Assembly (NCBI GenBank): GCA_963842945.1
Contig: CAWJIM010000023.1
Span: 96,001-160,000, forward strand
Source of the DNA: an uncultured Gemmatimonadales bacterium
Lineage (GTDB): Bacteria; Gemmatimonadota; Gemmatimonadetes; Gemmatimonadales; GWC2-71-9
DNA: 64,000 nucleotides
Direction of reading: 5' to 3'
The position numbers and the translations under genes were made by a program. Positions 31,871 to 42,412 of this stretch are shown here, in pieces; the first letter of the stretch is position 1, and every line of letters begins with the position of its first letter. The notes under the pieces are model-generated. The model did not search any database and was not told the DNA's origin. It worked only from the letters and a program-made list of their open reading frames with translations.

Positions 31871-32409
31871 ATGAACGCTCCACTCGCCAGCCGCGTTACG
31901 GCGGCCATGGTGCTGCTTGCAACCGCCGGTCTGCCGAGTGCCGCAGCGGCGCAATACCGGCTCCCCACCATCGTCAGCTCGGTCAAGGCGGACAGCCTGC
32001 ATGAGGTCGCGGCGAAGATGGTGGCCGAGGCCGCTGGCGCGACGCGGCCCGGGTGTATCGGCGCTCGGCCGAGTTCCGTGCGATGGAGGATTCCATCGGG
32101 TACCAGTGCCTGACCAGCGCCGCGGCCCTGGCCTACGCCTCCGGCGACCGTTCGGCGGCCCGGAGCGACATGGCCCATGCAGCCGAGCGGGCCCTCGCGC
32201 GGGGCGATCTCCGGGCAGCGGCGCTCTCGTATCTCGATGCGGCCTGGATCGCGCAGGAGCAGCAGAAGCCGAATCAGGTGTGGGAGTTCGGCCATCGGGC
32301 CGAGATTCTGGCGGCGTCGCCGCTCCTCAGCCAGTCGGATCGCGGCGCGATTCTCCAGCGGATCGAGCGGGCGCCGGGGGCAGGGCAGCAGCTAGTCATC
32401 GGGCGGTAA
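31871..32409 (+). CDS. Secreted helical (TPR-like) hypothetical protein, copy A (frameshift near 32030)
   Basis: GGAGG RBS, signal peptide AAA|QY; close paralogue of 33502-34044. Confidence 0.7.
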
Positions 32410-32457
32410 GCGGGTGGGCGGAAGCGGAACGACGGAGGGATGGGAAGGCGTTGTAGG

Positions 32458-32514
32458 TTGTCGCCCTGAGCGAAGCGAAGGGGCCGAAACTCTTTATCGA
32501 GTCCGGCCCCTTCG
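32458..32514. repeat. REP-like palindrome
   Basis: TTGTCGCCCTGAGCGAAGCGAAGGGGCCG..CGGCCCCTTCG; 27/28 match to the inverted copy at 34672-34699. Confidence 0.75.
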
Positions 32515-32556
32515 TCTAGCACCGCTACCGACGTTCCGTCGTTCCGTCGTTCCGTC

Positions 32557-33154
32557 CTACTGCCACTTGTCCTTGTGCTTCTCGGGATCCTGGCCATAGT
32601 GATGGCCGTTGTTTCCCTTCGAGTCCTTGTCGTCGTCCTTCCGCTTATCATCGTCTTTCCGCTTGTCCTCGCCCTTCCACTTATCGTCATCTTCCGATCG
32701 CTTGTCGTCATTACGCTTTGTCCCACCGGTCGTGGTCCCTGCGGTCGTCGTCGTCCCGCCACCGGTCATCACGCCCCCAGTGACGGCTGCGGTCCCGCTT
32801 CCACTGACCATCGTCGATGTAGTAGCGGCCACCGCGCTCGTACACCACCACCTTCTGAAGCGCCCGGCGATCGAACGGCCGGCGATAGAAGCGGCTGCCG
32901 TCGTAGTACACCGTGATCACCCGATACTGGGAGTGCTTCCACCAGCCGTAGCGGCGGCCGTGGACCCGCTCGACCACCACGACTTCACGCTGGGGGACGA
33001 TGACGGTGGTCGACGTCACCCGACGGGTTTCGGTGACGGGATTCGGCTGGGGACGGTTCAGAACATCCGCGGCCCGTTGGACCGTGGTCTGGGCTCGCAC
33101 GGGCGCTGCGATCGCGATCAGCGCGATCAACGCCACCGCACTCCTGCACTGCAT
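32557..33154 (-). CDS. Secreted hypothetical protein with D/K/R low-complexity tail (probable frameshift near 32720)
   Basis: Signal peptide; core shared with 59669-60124; 18-bp DDKRKD-type repeats. Confidence 0.65.
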
Positions 33155-33190
33155 GACGGCCTCCGGGAAGTGGGAAATGGCCGTCTACTA

Positions 33191-33206
33191 TGCGAAGGCT
33201 ATGCCA
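33191..33206 (-). promoter_or_regulatory. Sigma54-like -24/-12 promoter
   Basis: TGGCATAGCCTTCGCA (GG-N10-GC); equivalent site at the paralogue. Confidence 0.55.
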
Positions 33207-33285
33207 CTGCGTAACCGCTTAGATCACAATGGTGCAAGAAGATGCACGGGTGGATGGGCAGAGGGTCGGAGGGACGGATAAGAGA

Positions 33286-33322
33286 GAAACACCTCATCCC
33301 GAGCGCAGCGAGGGATCTACTC
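33286..33322 (+). repeat. REP-like element, half copy
   Basis: 37 bp identical to 34068-34104. Confidence 0.85.
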
Positions 33323-33501
33323 GGGAAAGGTCTGAAACCATTGACCTCGACTCCTCGGTCGAGTGTCGATGTACATGGATGAAGTCCTTCGGCGTCTCCA
33401 ATCACAACGCACCTGGCCAGGGCAGAAGTTTCCACCGCTCCTTATCTCACGTGATATCGCACGAGATGCGATCACGACCCTCTTGCCCGAGGAGGTGCCC
33501 G

Positions 33502-34044
33502 ATGAACGCCACGCTTACCCGTCATACTTCTACCGCCATGGTTCTGCTGGCAACTGTCGGCCTGCCGGCTGCCGCCTCCGCGCAGTACCGTCTGCCCACC
33601 ATCGTGAGCGCGAATAAGGCTGACAGTCTGCATGATTCGGCCGTCCGGTTCGCCCAGACCGGCCGATGGGAGGAGGCAGCGCGTCTCTATCGCCGCTCAG
33701 CGGAGTTCCGCGCAGTGGAGGATCCCATCGGGCTCCAGTGCCTGACGGATGCCGCGGCAGTGGCCTATGCTGCCGGTGACCGTTCCGCCGCGCGGAGCGA
33801 CATGGCTCATGCGGCCGAGCGTGCCCTCGCACGAGGAGATATCAAGTCAGCGGCAATGGCGTATCTCGATGCGGCCTGGATCGCCCAGGAACAGAAGAAG
33901 CCGGATCAGGTCTGGAACCTGGGCCACCGTGCCGAGATACTGGCGGACTCACCGCTCCTGAGTGAGACCGAGCGCGGGGCGATCCAGCGACGGATCGAGC
34001 GAGTGCCGGGCGGAACGCGGTTGGTGATTGGAAAGGGAGCGTAA
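33502..34044 (+). CDS. Secreted helical (TPR-like) hypothetical protein, copy B
   Basis: GGAGG RBS, ASA|QYRLPTIVS; intact ORF. Confidence 0.75.
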   Translation: MNATLTRHTSTAMVLLATVGLPAAASAQYRLPTIVSANKADSLHDSAVRFAQTGRWEEAARLYRRSAEFRAVEDPIGLQCLTDAAAVAYAAGDRSAARSDMAHAAERALARGDIKSAAMAYLDAAWIAQEQKKPDQVWNLGHRAEILADSPLLSETERGAIQRRIERVPGGTRLVIGKGA

Positions 34045-34067
34045 GCGGGGACGCGGGAAACGGGAAG

Positions 34068-34167
34068 GAAACACCTCATCCCGAGCGCAGCGAGGGATCT
34101 ACTCCGTAAGGATCTGAAACTCTGGAGTAGATCCCTCAATCGCTGCGCTCTTTCGGGAGGAGGTGTT
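34068..34167. repeat. REP-like long hairpin
   Basis: AACACCTC..GAGCGCAGCGAGGGATCTACTCC pairs with GGAGTAGATCCCTC..CGCTGCGCTC..GAGGTGTT. Confidence 0.85.
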
Positions 34168-34218
34168 CTTATTTCCGGCCGCCCGTCCGGCCGTCCAGCT
34201 GTCCGCCTTAGCGCCTTA

Positions 34219-34470
34219 CTAGTTCGGACGTCCAGGAGAGTGAAGTCGCAGGAGGTAGAGGAACCAGCCAGGAAGGTTCCACCATCGGGGCCGTACTCGA
34301 CCGTCGTATTCCATCGTATTGTGCTTTTTATAATCGCGCCAGGCGGCATACCATTCCACCCGTTCGGCCTCCCGGACGGCGCGTCGAGCGGCATGGGCCG
34401 CCTGCTGAGCCAACTCAGCATCGAGTCGATCCCGCCACATGCGAAGCTGGGGGTGTTCGTCTGCCTCCAA
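34219..34470 (-). CDS. Small hypothetical protein (uncertain)
   Basis: 83-aa ORF between two palindromic elements; stop followed by octamer repeats like neighbouring genes. Confidence 0.3.
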   Translation of the reverse strand: MEADEHPQLRMWRDRLDAELAQQAAHAARRAVREAERVEWYAAWRDYKKHNTMEYDGRVRPRWWNLPGWFLYLLRLHSPGRPN

Positions 34471-34609
34471 GGCACCTCGTGAGCTGGGGACGTCAGGAAG
34501 GATGGTGATACTGTGAACATACGGCTATTTAGCTCGACCAGGGAGGCCGCGTTCCTATAGTGCGAGAATTCTTCAAGGTATTGCCTCACGATGACGAAGG
34601 TAGAAGCAG

Positions 34610-34699
34610 CACCGCATCCCGAGCGAAACGAGGGAGCCAGAACTCGAAAGTTTGACAACCCCCCGGCGTCTGGCCCCTTCGCTTCGCTCAGGGTGACAA
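34610..34699. repeat. REP-like palindrome
   Basis: CATCCCGAGCGAAACGAGGG..CCCTTCGCTTCGCTCAGGGTGACAA. Confidence 0.75.
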
Positions 34700-34708
34700 A
34701 ATTCCGTC

Positions 34709-37011
34709 TTACCGCCTTACCGGCAAGTCGATCCAGCTCCTATTCGACCACCGGATCGTCAGCGGCTCGCCTCGCGTCCGCGATGGTCTCGTCGTTCACG
34801 TCCTTTCCCGTCCCATAGTTGATCTGCTGGTTCGGGCTCTTCCCCACGCCGAGCACCATGACGATGCGGCTGCCCGCCCGGCAGAGATGGCTCGCGAGGC
34901 GGATGCTCTGGAGGTCGAAGATCTCGCGCTTGCCCGGCGTGAGCAGCCGGCGCCGGCTGACGTCGGCCACATAGCTGGCGCGCGACTGATAGGGCGGCAG
35001 CTGCAGATAGGTCCCGTCAGGCCTCTGCTCGTAGATCGAGATTCCGAAGTCGAAGTCGCGCTTATTGGTGACCAGCTCGAGATGGCTCTTGAACAGACCG
35101 CTGATCTCGGTGGCGGTGGGAGCGGGTCACTCACGTACACCAGCGAATTCAAGGTGTCGATCGCGGTGTCCTGCACGCCACCGCCCGCCACGATCAGCGC
35201 GCTGTCGGATCGGTCGCGGAGGTCCACGGTGAGCGTCGCCGAGGAGTCGCGAGTGGCGCGCTCGGAGGTGAGACGGTAGGTCGAGTCGCTTCGCTCGGCG
35301 CTTAGATAGAAGCGGAGCGTGGCGTTCGCCATCGCATTGACCGAAGGCGCGTGCTTCCAGCGGTTGGCCCCGATCACCTCGTAGTTGATCCGGTCGGCCA
35401 GGAGCCTCGGCTTTGGCCCACCCTTCATGATCCAGTCGAACCAGGGGTAGCTCAGCTCGGCGATGATGTCGATCCGGGCGACCGGGTCGATCTCGTAGCC
35501 GCTGATGGTGGTCGTGGTGTCAGCCAGGGCGCTCACCACGCCGCGCTGGGCATCGAAGTGGCCGTACGGGCCGATCACCAGGTAGTCCCGGCGCCTGAGG
35601 GTTGTAGCGGTAGTGCTGGGTGAGGTAGTGCATCGCGGCGCCGGGCCCGCCGAAGTAGTAGCCCGCGGTCTGCAGCACCGGGATCTTGATCCGGGCGAAC
35701 TCTTCCTTATACGGGATCATCGCCTGCCAGTACTGCGTCGTAGGACGGGTGCGCGATCCATTGGTGCCAGACCGGATTGGGCGTGCCGTCGATCTTGTCC
35801 AGATCGCGATAGGCTCGGCCGTCGGCGTACCAGCGGTTGTAGAGCCGCTGCCAGCGGTCCTGGTCGTTGTAGGTGCTGTCGTCCAGCCACTTGTTGTCGG
35901 TGGTGTAGAAGGGCCAGGGGTAGACGAAGTTCCAGACGATGTTGCCCTCCATCGGCACGTCGAGCCGGGCGCGACCGGCGCCCCGACCATGATCGCCTTG
36001 AGCGCCGGCGGCGCCCGCTTGGCCGCGGCCCAGGGCGACATCCCCGAGTAGCTGCCGCCGTACATCCCGACCTGGCCGTCGCTCCAGGGCTGCCGCGCGA
36101 TCCAGTCGATCAGCGCCACCGCGTCGGCGCCGTCGTGCACGTAGGGGACCGGCTGGTCCGGGCTGCAGGCCTTGCCGCGGGTGAAGCCCATGACCGCGGC
36201 GTAGCCGTTGAGGCGTTCCGCCGCGAGGTCGAACAGGAGCGTCGTGGTGTCGGCGTAGATGGTGAACTGGAGCAGGGCGGGGAGCCGGGCGGGACCGTGC
36301 GCGGACGCCAGACCATGGCGCAGACGGTGGCGCCGTCCGGGGTCTTCACCTGGATGTTGGACTGCATCGCGTAGCGGCGCCCGTCGTCCTCGCGGATCAG
36401 CGGAGCGGCGAGCGCGCCGAGCTCGGCGTAAGTCCCGCGATCTGCACGCCGCGGAGCCAGGCGACTGCATCGGCCAGGGCGACGGTGGTATCGCGTGCAC
36501 CCTTCCCTGCCGGGCCCAGGGCGTCTCCGGCGCCGGCGGGTGGAGCCAGGTGCGCGATGACCAGTGCCGCGGTGCGGTCGTCCAGCCGGGCGAACCGCTC
36601 GCGGAAGGCGCGGGCAGAAGGCGTCGGCGAACGGGGCCGCAGAGTCGGCCTGGAGCTGCTTGGCCCGGAGATAGATCTCGAACTGTGAGTTGAGCGCGCG
36701 GCCCGCGGGTGTGGTGTCGCCTCGACCCGCCTGGGCCGTTGCGGAATTCGGCCAGGGTCGCGCGGGCCTCGGCGAGATGGCCGCGCCAGCAGCTGGAGCC
36801 GGAACAGGTTGTCGAGCTGAGTCAGCTGGTTGCTGTCCCGGTAGACGGCGGCAGCCTCGGTCGCCAGCCGTGCGACTGCGGCGGAACGGGTCGTCGTGTC
36901 GGTAATGGCGGCAGCGGGGAAGGACAGCGCCTGGGCCTCCATTCGACACGGCACGAGAAGCGCCAGGAGCAGAGCGAACGACGGGAATCGAGACGAGATG
37001 GATTTGGTCAT
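34709..37011 (-). CDS. CocE/NonD (peptidase S15) hydrolase, multiple frameshifts
   Basis: WIARQPWSDGQVGMYGGSYSG, IGPYGH, QQINYGTGKDV; signal peptide. Confidence 0.85.
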
Positions 37012-37236
37012 GTGGCTTGGACACCGCAGCTGGGCCAAGAGATGCTCGCCTTCATACTCGTGCCGTCCGTTCCCCGTCCCGCCGGTTTTGTGAAGGAGAG
37101 TCAACCTGCTGATTTACACCACCTTACTCCTGGTGATTCCGGGGTGATTCGCACGTGAGAGTCGGGCCTATACTCGGCACGTGTTGACGTGGTCCCGAAC
37201 TCATTCGCAGGGACGATGGTCCCTCAGGAGAAGAAA

Positions 37237-38214
37237 ATGCCGGCTCAATCCAATCAGTCCCCGACGCCCCGGTCATGCCGTTCGACGCTCTTCCCGCTGG
37301 TCGTGCTCTTCTCTCTGGGACTCGCCGCCTGCGACAGCGCGGAGAATCCGCTTGCGCCCAGCGACAACTCCGCGCCGGATCTAGCTCTGGCAGGTACGGC
37401 CCAGCGGATCCTGTTCAGCACGAACCGCAAGGGCACGTACGATCTGTTCAGGATGGATCCGCTGGGGAATAACATGGCGCGGGTCACCAGCTTCTCAACC
37501 TACGAGGGAGAGCCCGCCTGGTCCTACGACAACAAACAGATAGCAATGATTCGCCCGCGGCTGGATGCCTCGAACGTCGAACACTCAGACATCTATCTGA
37601 TGAATGCGGACGGCACCAACAAGCACTGGGCCCGGCCTTTACCGTCAGGCTTCAACATCCGCCATCCTTCCTGGTCCCCGGATGGAACGCGCCTGGCGGT
37701 GGAGCTCAGTCTCGGAGGTCAACCGTACTTAGCCAGGCTGACGGTTGCCACTGGCGATTTAACGTTTGTCATGCTGGGCGGGAACCCAGTGAGGGGGGCC
37801 TACCCATCATACGATCCGACCGGCCAGTTGCTCGTCTTTGTCACCGCGGATGGTAAGGAAATCGATGAGATCCGCCCAGACGGGAATACCGCCTACCTGT
37901 ACGTTTCGTCCGACGTATTCCTGAGCAGTCCGAAGATCTCGCCGGATGGATCCCGGATCGCTTATGTCAAGGTGCTCGGTAGCAACAGCGACATCTATGT
38001 GTATTACGCCAACATCGGCCAAACCAAGCGGCTCACGACCAATTCCGCTGCCGATTACGATCCGACCTGGTCTCCCGATGGGTCCAAGCTCGCGTTCGTG
38101 AGCCAACGCTCAGGAAAATCTCAGATCTATACCATGAATGCCGCCACTGGCGGGAGCGTAACCCGGATCACCCACACCACAGCGGACGAGAAGAACCCAG
38201 CCTGGTCCCACTGA
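37237..38214 (+). CDS. TolB-like PD40 beta-propeller lipoprotein
   Basis: Lipobox LAAC; repeated P.WSPDG..(I/L)A motifs. Confidence 0.88.
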   Translation: MPAQSNQSPTPRSCRSTLFPLVVLFSLGLAACDSAENPLAPSDNSAPDLALAGTAQRILFSTNRKGTYDLFRMDPLGNNMARVTSFSTYEGEPAWSYDNKQIAMIRPRLDASNVEHSDIYLMNADGTNKHWARPLPSGFNIRHPSWSPDGTRLAVELSLGGQPYLARLTVATGDLTFVMLGGNPVRGAYPSYDPTGQLLVFVTADGKEIDEIRPDGNTAYLYVSSDVFLSSPKISPDGSRIAYVKVLGSNSDIYVYYANIGQTKRLTTNSAADYDPTWSPDGSKLAFVSQRSGKSQIYTMNAATGGSVTRITHTTADEKNPAWSH

Positions 38215-38228
38215 AGGGGCAGTGCCGA

Positions 38229-38267
38229 AGTTGGGCGGGCCCCGGCTCGCAGCCGGGGCCGCCAACT
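38229..38267. terminator. GC-rich hairpin, probable terminator
   Basis: GGCCCCGGCT-CGC-AGCCGGGGCC about 15 nt after the stop; weak U tract. Confidence 0.55.
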
Positions 38268-38485
38268 GTTCCGCAATCAGACCAGTGCCGCCAAAGTCTC
38301 CCGAAGACGAATCAGCGAACTCAGCAACAGTCCCGATAGCGAAGGCCGCAATAGATGCCCTTGACCAGAACGGCGCACGACGACAATCCGCTGAGGAGGC
38401 GGGATTGTTAGCGGCCTTCGAGTTCCAGGGGCGCCGAGCTGCCTTCCACGTTGCTTGAGGTGGCTTCTCAGGGAGTTTGCGGTAA

Positions 38486-40458
38486 CTAATTCACAGGCGG
38501 CAGATGAGACGCGACCACATAATCCCCTTTGCCGAACACATCCCCGCCTCCGACCGCGATCGCCACGAGTTGCTCACCCGAAGCCACGCGATAGCTCATC
38601 GGCGTGGCCTTGCCACTGGCCGGTAACGGTCCCCGCCAGAGCTCGCGCCCGGTCTCCAGATCGTAGGCATGGAGTGTCCGGTCCAGCGCCGCCCCGATGA
38701 ACACCAGGCCGCCCGCCGTGATGATCGGTCCGCCCAGGTTGGGCGAGCCCCAGCCGGCCGGAATTCGCGCAGCCTGGGCACTGTCGGCCAGGCCGAGCGG
38801 TAAGCCGAGCGGGACCTCCCAGAGTTGCTTCCCGGTCTTGAGGTCGATGGCCACCAGAGTGCCGAATGGCGGCGGGGTGCAGGGCACGCCTCCGGGACTG
38901 AGCAGGATCCGCCGCCGCATGACATAGGGCGTCCCCAGCATCTCGTTGTACTCGTACTTCCGCTTGAGCCGCATGTCCTCCGCCTTCGCGCCCGCCTCGT
39001 GGTAGCGCTCCCGCGGAATCAACTGCACCACCGCGGCGACCCGGTTCACTGGGACCACGGCGATCTGGCGCACCGGATCGACCGCGACACCGCCCCAGTG
39101 CGCCCCGCCGATGTTGGACGGCAGCACCAGCGTCCCTCGCACGCTCGGGGGAGTGAAGATCCCCTCGTTCCGGAGACTGTCGATCGCGGCATGGCAGGCG
39201 GCCCGCTCGGCGTCGTTCACTCCCCAGACTTGATCCAGCGTCAGACGGTGGGAGCTGAGCGGAGGCGTGAGCGCGGTGAACGGCTGGGTGGGAGACGCCC
39301 GCTCGCCCGGGATGTCGCTGGCCGGAACCGGTCGCTCTTCGCACCGGAAAGACCGGCTTCCCCGTCTCCCGGTCCAGCACGAAGAGCATCCCGGTCTTGC
39401 TGGCCTGGAGCACGACATCGCGCTGCTTGCCCTCGTAATTGAGTGACGTCAGGAGCGGCGGGCTGGCGTTGTCGTAGTCCCAGAGATCGTGGTGCACGGT
39501 CTGAAACGACCACACTACCTTCCCCGTCGAAGCCGTGAGGGCCGTGATGGAGTTGGCGTAGCGGTTGTCGCCCAACCGCATCGCGCCGTAGTAGTCCGGC
39601 GCCGGGCTCCCGGTCGGAATGAACACGAGGTCGCGCTCGGGATCGCCGGACAGCACCGACCAGGCGTTGGCGCCGCCGGTGTTTCGGCCCAGCTTCCCGC
39701 CCCAGGTGCCATAGGCCGAGTCGCCGGGCTGCTGAGGAATCGGATCCCAGCTCCAGCGGAGCGCACCGGTCCGGGCATCGTAGGCCCGCACCTCGCCGCT
39801 GGCCGGCGCGGGGCGGCTGTTGTCGTCGATGGACGACCCCGTGACGACCAGGCCGTTCATCACCAGCGGCGGCGAAGTCATGGTGTACGCCTGCTGCTCG
39901 AAGGGAGGAATCCGAAGCCCGCGCCTGAGATCGACCATGCCGCCGGAGCCGAACCCACTGCAGGGTTTGCCGGTGCGGCCATCCAGCGCCCAGAGCTGCG
40001 ATTGCGCATTGGCGATGAAGATCCGCCGCCGGCACGCCGCACCTTCCGCGGCCTTGTCATCGAGCCAGGCCGACACGCCCCGGCTGGCGAAGTCGCCGTA
40101 TCTCACGTCCCGTTTAATCTTGGGATCGAAGATCCAACGCTCCCGCCCAGTCGCGGCATCCAGCGCGATCACCCGCCCCAGCGGCGTTCCGATGTACATA
40201 ACCCCGTCGATCACCAACGGGGTGGTCTCGAACGAGGTCAGCTTTTTCGTGGCGAAGCGGGACTCGGTCTCGCCGGTGCGGTAGGTCCAGGCGACCTCGA
40301 GCCGGCTGACGTTGTCTCGGGTGATCTCATCCGCCGGTAAGATAGCGGGTTCCCTGGAGATCGCGACCGTACGCCGGCCAGTCGACCGCCTGGGCTGCCG
40401 CCGTCCCGGCGAGCATGGTGCCTGCGAAGGCCTGGAGCAAACATCCGCGCAGCATCAT
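38486..40458 (-). CDS. PQQ-dependent quinoprotein dehydrogenase (glucose dehydrogenase-like), frameshifted
   Basis: DWPAYGRD, FETTP, VHHDLWDYD, PCTPPPFG, GGPIITAGGLVF, ATPMSY. Confidence 0.9.
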
Positions 40459-40467
40459 CCGTCCTCG

Positions 40468-41298
40468 CTAGGGCGCGGACGCGTATTCGTCGTGCCGGCG
40501 GAACCAGATGTTGGTCTCGTTGCGCCCCTTGGGTGCCCGGTCGAGCCACTGGTACATCCCCCAGAGGGCGTCCAGTCCGCGCGCGAAGCTGGAGTAGGTG
40601 TGATAGACCGCGCCGTTCTCCAGCGCGAACGCGCTCATGCCCGGCCGCTCCCGGGTGTAGGTGGCCACGTCGGTGCCGGTCCTGGCCGCCATCCATTCGA
40701 CTGTCCCCTCACCCTCGTCCGACGTCCACTCCTGACCTTTCTTGCCCACCAGCGTATCCCGCATCGGCTGCTCGCGGCGGTAGTTGTATTCGATCTGACC
40801 CTCGAGCTGTTCCTGCTCGCTGAACCCCACGCTGAAGTCGTGGTTGAAGTCGCTGCCGAAGGAGGAGGCCCAGGGGAAGGTCCAGCCCATCCTCTTCTTG
40901 TAGGCGTCGAGCTTGGCGTATGGTGCCCGGGAGACGGCCCAGAGCATGACGTCGTGGTTGGCCAGGTGGACGGCGAAGCCGTTGAATCCGTCGGCGATGG
41001 CGGAGCAGGCGGGACAGCCGGCGGTGTAGTCCGGGCCGAACATGAAGTGATAGATCAGGATCTGGGAGCGGCCGCGGAAGAGGTCGGGGAGAGACGCGCT
41101 GCCCTCGGCGGTGTCGAAGCGGTACTGCTTGTCGATCGGGACCCAGGGCAGCTCCATCCGGCGGCGGGTCACCTCGTCGCCTTGACGAGTCAGCTCCTTT
41201 TCGGCCTCGAGCAGCTCCAGCCGGGCGGCCCGCCACTGCTCACGGGTTCCGGTTGGGTGGCTGATGGTGGTCTTCGGGTCTTTGGTGAGGTTGGCCAT
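40468..41298 (-). CDS. DUF899 thioredoxin-like protein
   Basis: YHFMFGP..GCPACS, VSRAP, SDFNHDF, YHTYS..RG, LDRAPKGRNE. Confidence 0.92.
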   Translation of the reverse strand: MANLTKDPKTTISHPTGTREQWRAARLELLEAEKELTRQGDEVTRRRMELPWVPIDKQYRFDTAEGSASLPDLFRGRSQILIYHFMFGPDYTAGCPACSAIADGFNGFAVHLANHDVMLWAVSRAPYAKLDAYKKRMGWTFPWASSFGSDFNHDFSVGFSEQEQLEGQIEYNYRREQPMRDTLVGKKGQEWTSDEGEGTVEWMAARTGTDVATYTRERPGMSAFALENGAVYHTYSSFARGLDALWGMYQWLDRAPKGRNETNIWFRRHDEYASAP

Positions 41299-41397
41299 GG
41301 TTTTTCTCCTGAGTGTCTGTCGCCAGTCGTGCGGGCTGGCGCTTGGCAACTGCCGACTGGCGGCTGCCTATTGTGTTCGGCCTGCGAGCTGACAACA

Positions 41398-41415
41398 TTC
41401 TACCGTATGGTTGAA
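41398..41415. promoter_or_regulatory. Probable ArsR operator overlapping its start codon
   Basis: Imperfect palindrome TTCTACCGTATGGTTGAA. Confidence 0.55.
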
Positions 41416-41805
41416 CGTTTGTCTACCCGGGCCCCGGAGCGGCGGCGGCTGGATCGGGTCTATGGGGCGATCGCGGATCCGACCCGCCGAGCCATGCTCG
41501 GGATCCTGGCGGGCGGCGAGGTCAATGTCGGAATGCTGGCCCAGCGGTTTCCCATCTCGTTCAACGGCGTCTCGAAGCACGTGAAGGTGCTGGAGCAGGC
41601 CGGCCTGGTGCGGCGGAGCGTGCGGGGGCGGGAGCACTGGCTCACGCTCCGCCCTGCCCCGCTCCGGGACGCGAGCCGCTGGCTGGAGCACTACCGGGAG
41701 TTCTGGGAGAACCGGCTCGAGGCGCTGGAGGACTTTCTGCTGCAGCAGAAGGACGATCCCAATGTCAAAGGCCGGCGGGGCCGCGGCAGGACGGGAAAAG
41801 GATGA
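41407..41805 (+). CDS. ArsR-family regulator
   Basis: AIADPTRRAML..VSKHVKVLEQAGLV..GREH. Confidence 0.9.
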   Translation: MVERLSTRAPERRRLDRVYGAIADPTRRAMLGILAGGEVNVGMLAQRFPISFNGVSKHVKVLEQAGLVRRSVRGREHWLTLRPAPLRDASRWLEHYREFWENRLEALEDFLLQQKDDPNVKGRRGRGRTGKG

Positions 41806-42227
41806 GCGGCAGCGAATCGGGCGAGACCCTGGTGGTGCGGCGGTTCATCCCGGCGCCGAGGGAGCGGGTGTTTGCCGCCTGGCTGGATCCGGCAAGTCTG
41901 GCGCAGTGGATGCGGCCGGGAGGGATGACCGATGCCACGGCGGAGGTCGATCCTAAGGTCGGTGGCAAGTTCCGGATCGTTATGATCGAGGGGCCGAAGC
42001 AGTACGAGCACACGGGAGAGTATCTCGCGATCGAGCCGGCGGAGCGGCTCGAGTTCACCTGGATCTCCGAGGCCACCGATCACCGGCCGACGGTGGTCAC
42101 GATCGAGTTTCTGGAGCGGGATGGGGGGACGGAACTCGTCCTGACCCACCGGCGGCTGCCGCCCAAGCAGGTGGGGTCGCATCGCAGGGGTTGGACCGAG
42201 GTCCTCCAGCTCCTGGACCAAGGATAG
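41802..42227 (+). CDS. SRPBCC/AHSA1 protein
   Basis: APRERVFAAW, DPKVGGKF, LEFTW, HRRGW. Confidence 0.9.
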   Translation: MSGSESGETLVVRRFIPAPRERVFAAWLDPASLAQWMRPGGMTDATAEVDPKVGGKFRIVMIEGPKQYEHTGEYLAIEPAERLEFTWISEATDHRPTVVTIEFLERDGGTELVLTHRRLPPKQVGSHRRGWTEVLQLLDQG

Positions 42228-42412
42228 AAAGACGCGTCACGGCAGCACCGAACGCAGACCCAGGTTGATCATGCTGCCCTCCAACAGTGCCCAAGCGTCA
42301 AGTGTCCACCGTCCGCCCGGACCAGGCTCCGGCCGAACCAGCGGCTGGCCTTGTGAGCTCTGGAACTGGACCGTACCTTCGAGAAACGTGCAGCCTTCCT
42401 CGAGGAGGCATC

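Noticed and set aside
33286..34104. 37-bp direct repeats as CRISPR repeats or att sites
   Set aside because: Only two copies about 780 bp apart, one is an arm of a REP-like hairpin, and no integrase is present.
32458..34699. Inverted-repeat-bounded segment as a transposon
   Set aside because: No transposase or target-site duplication seen; the ends are members of a dispersed palindrome family.
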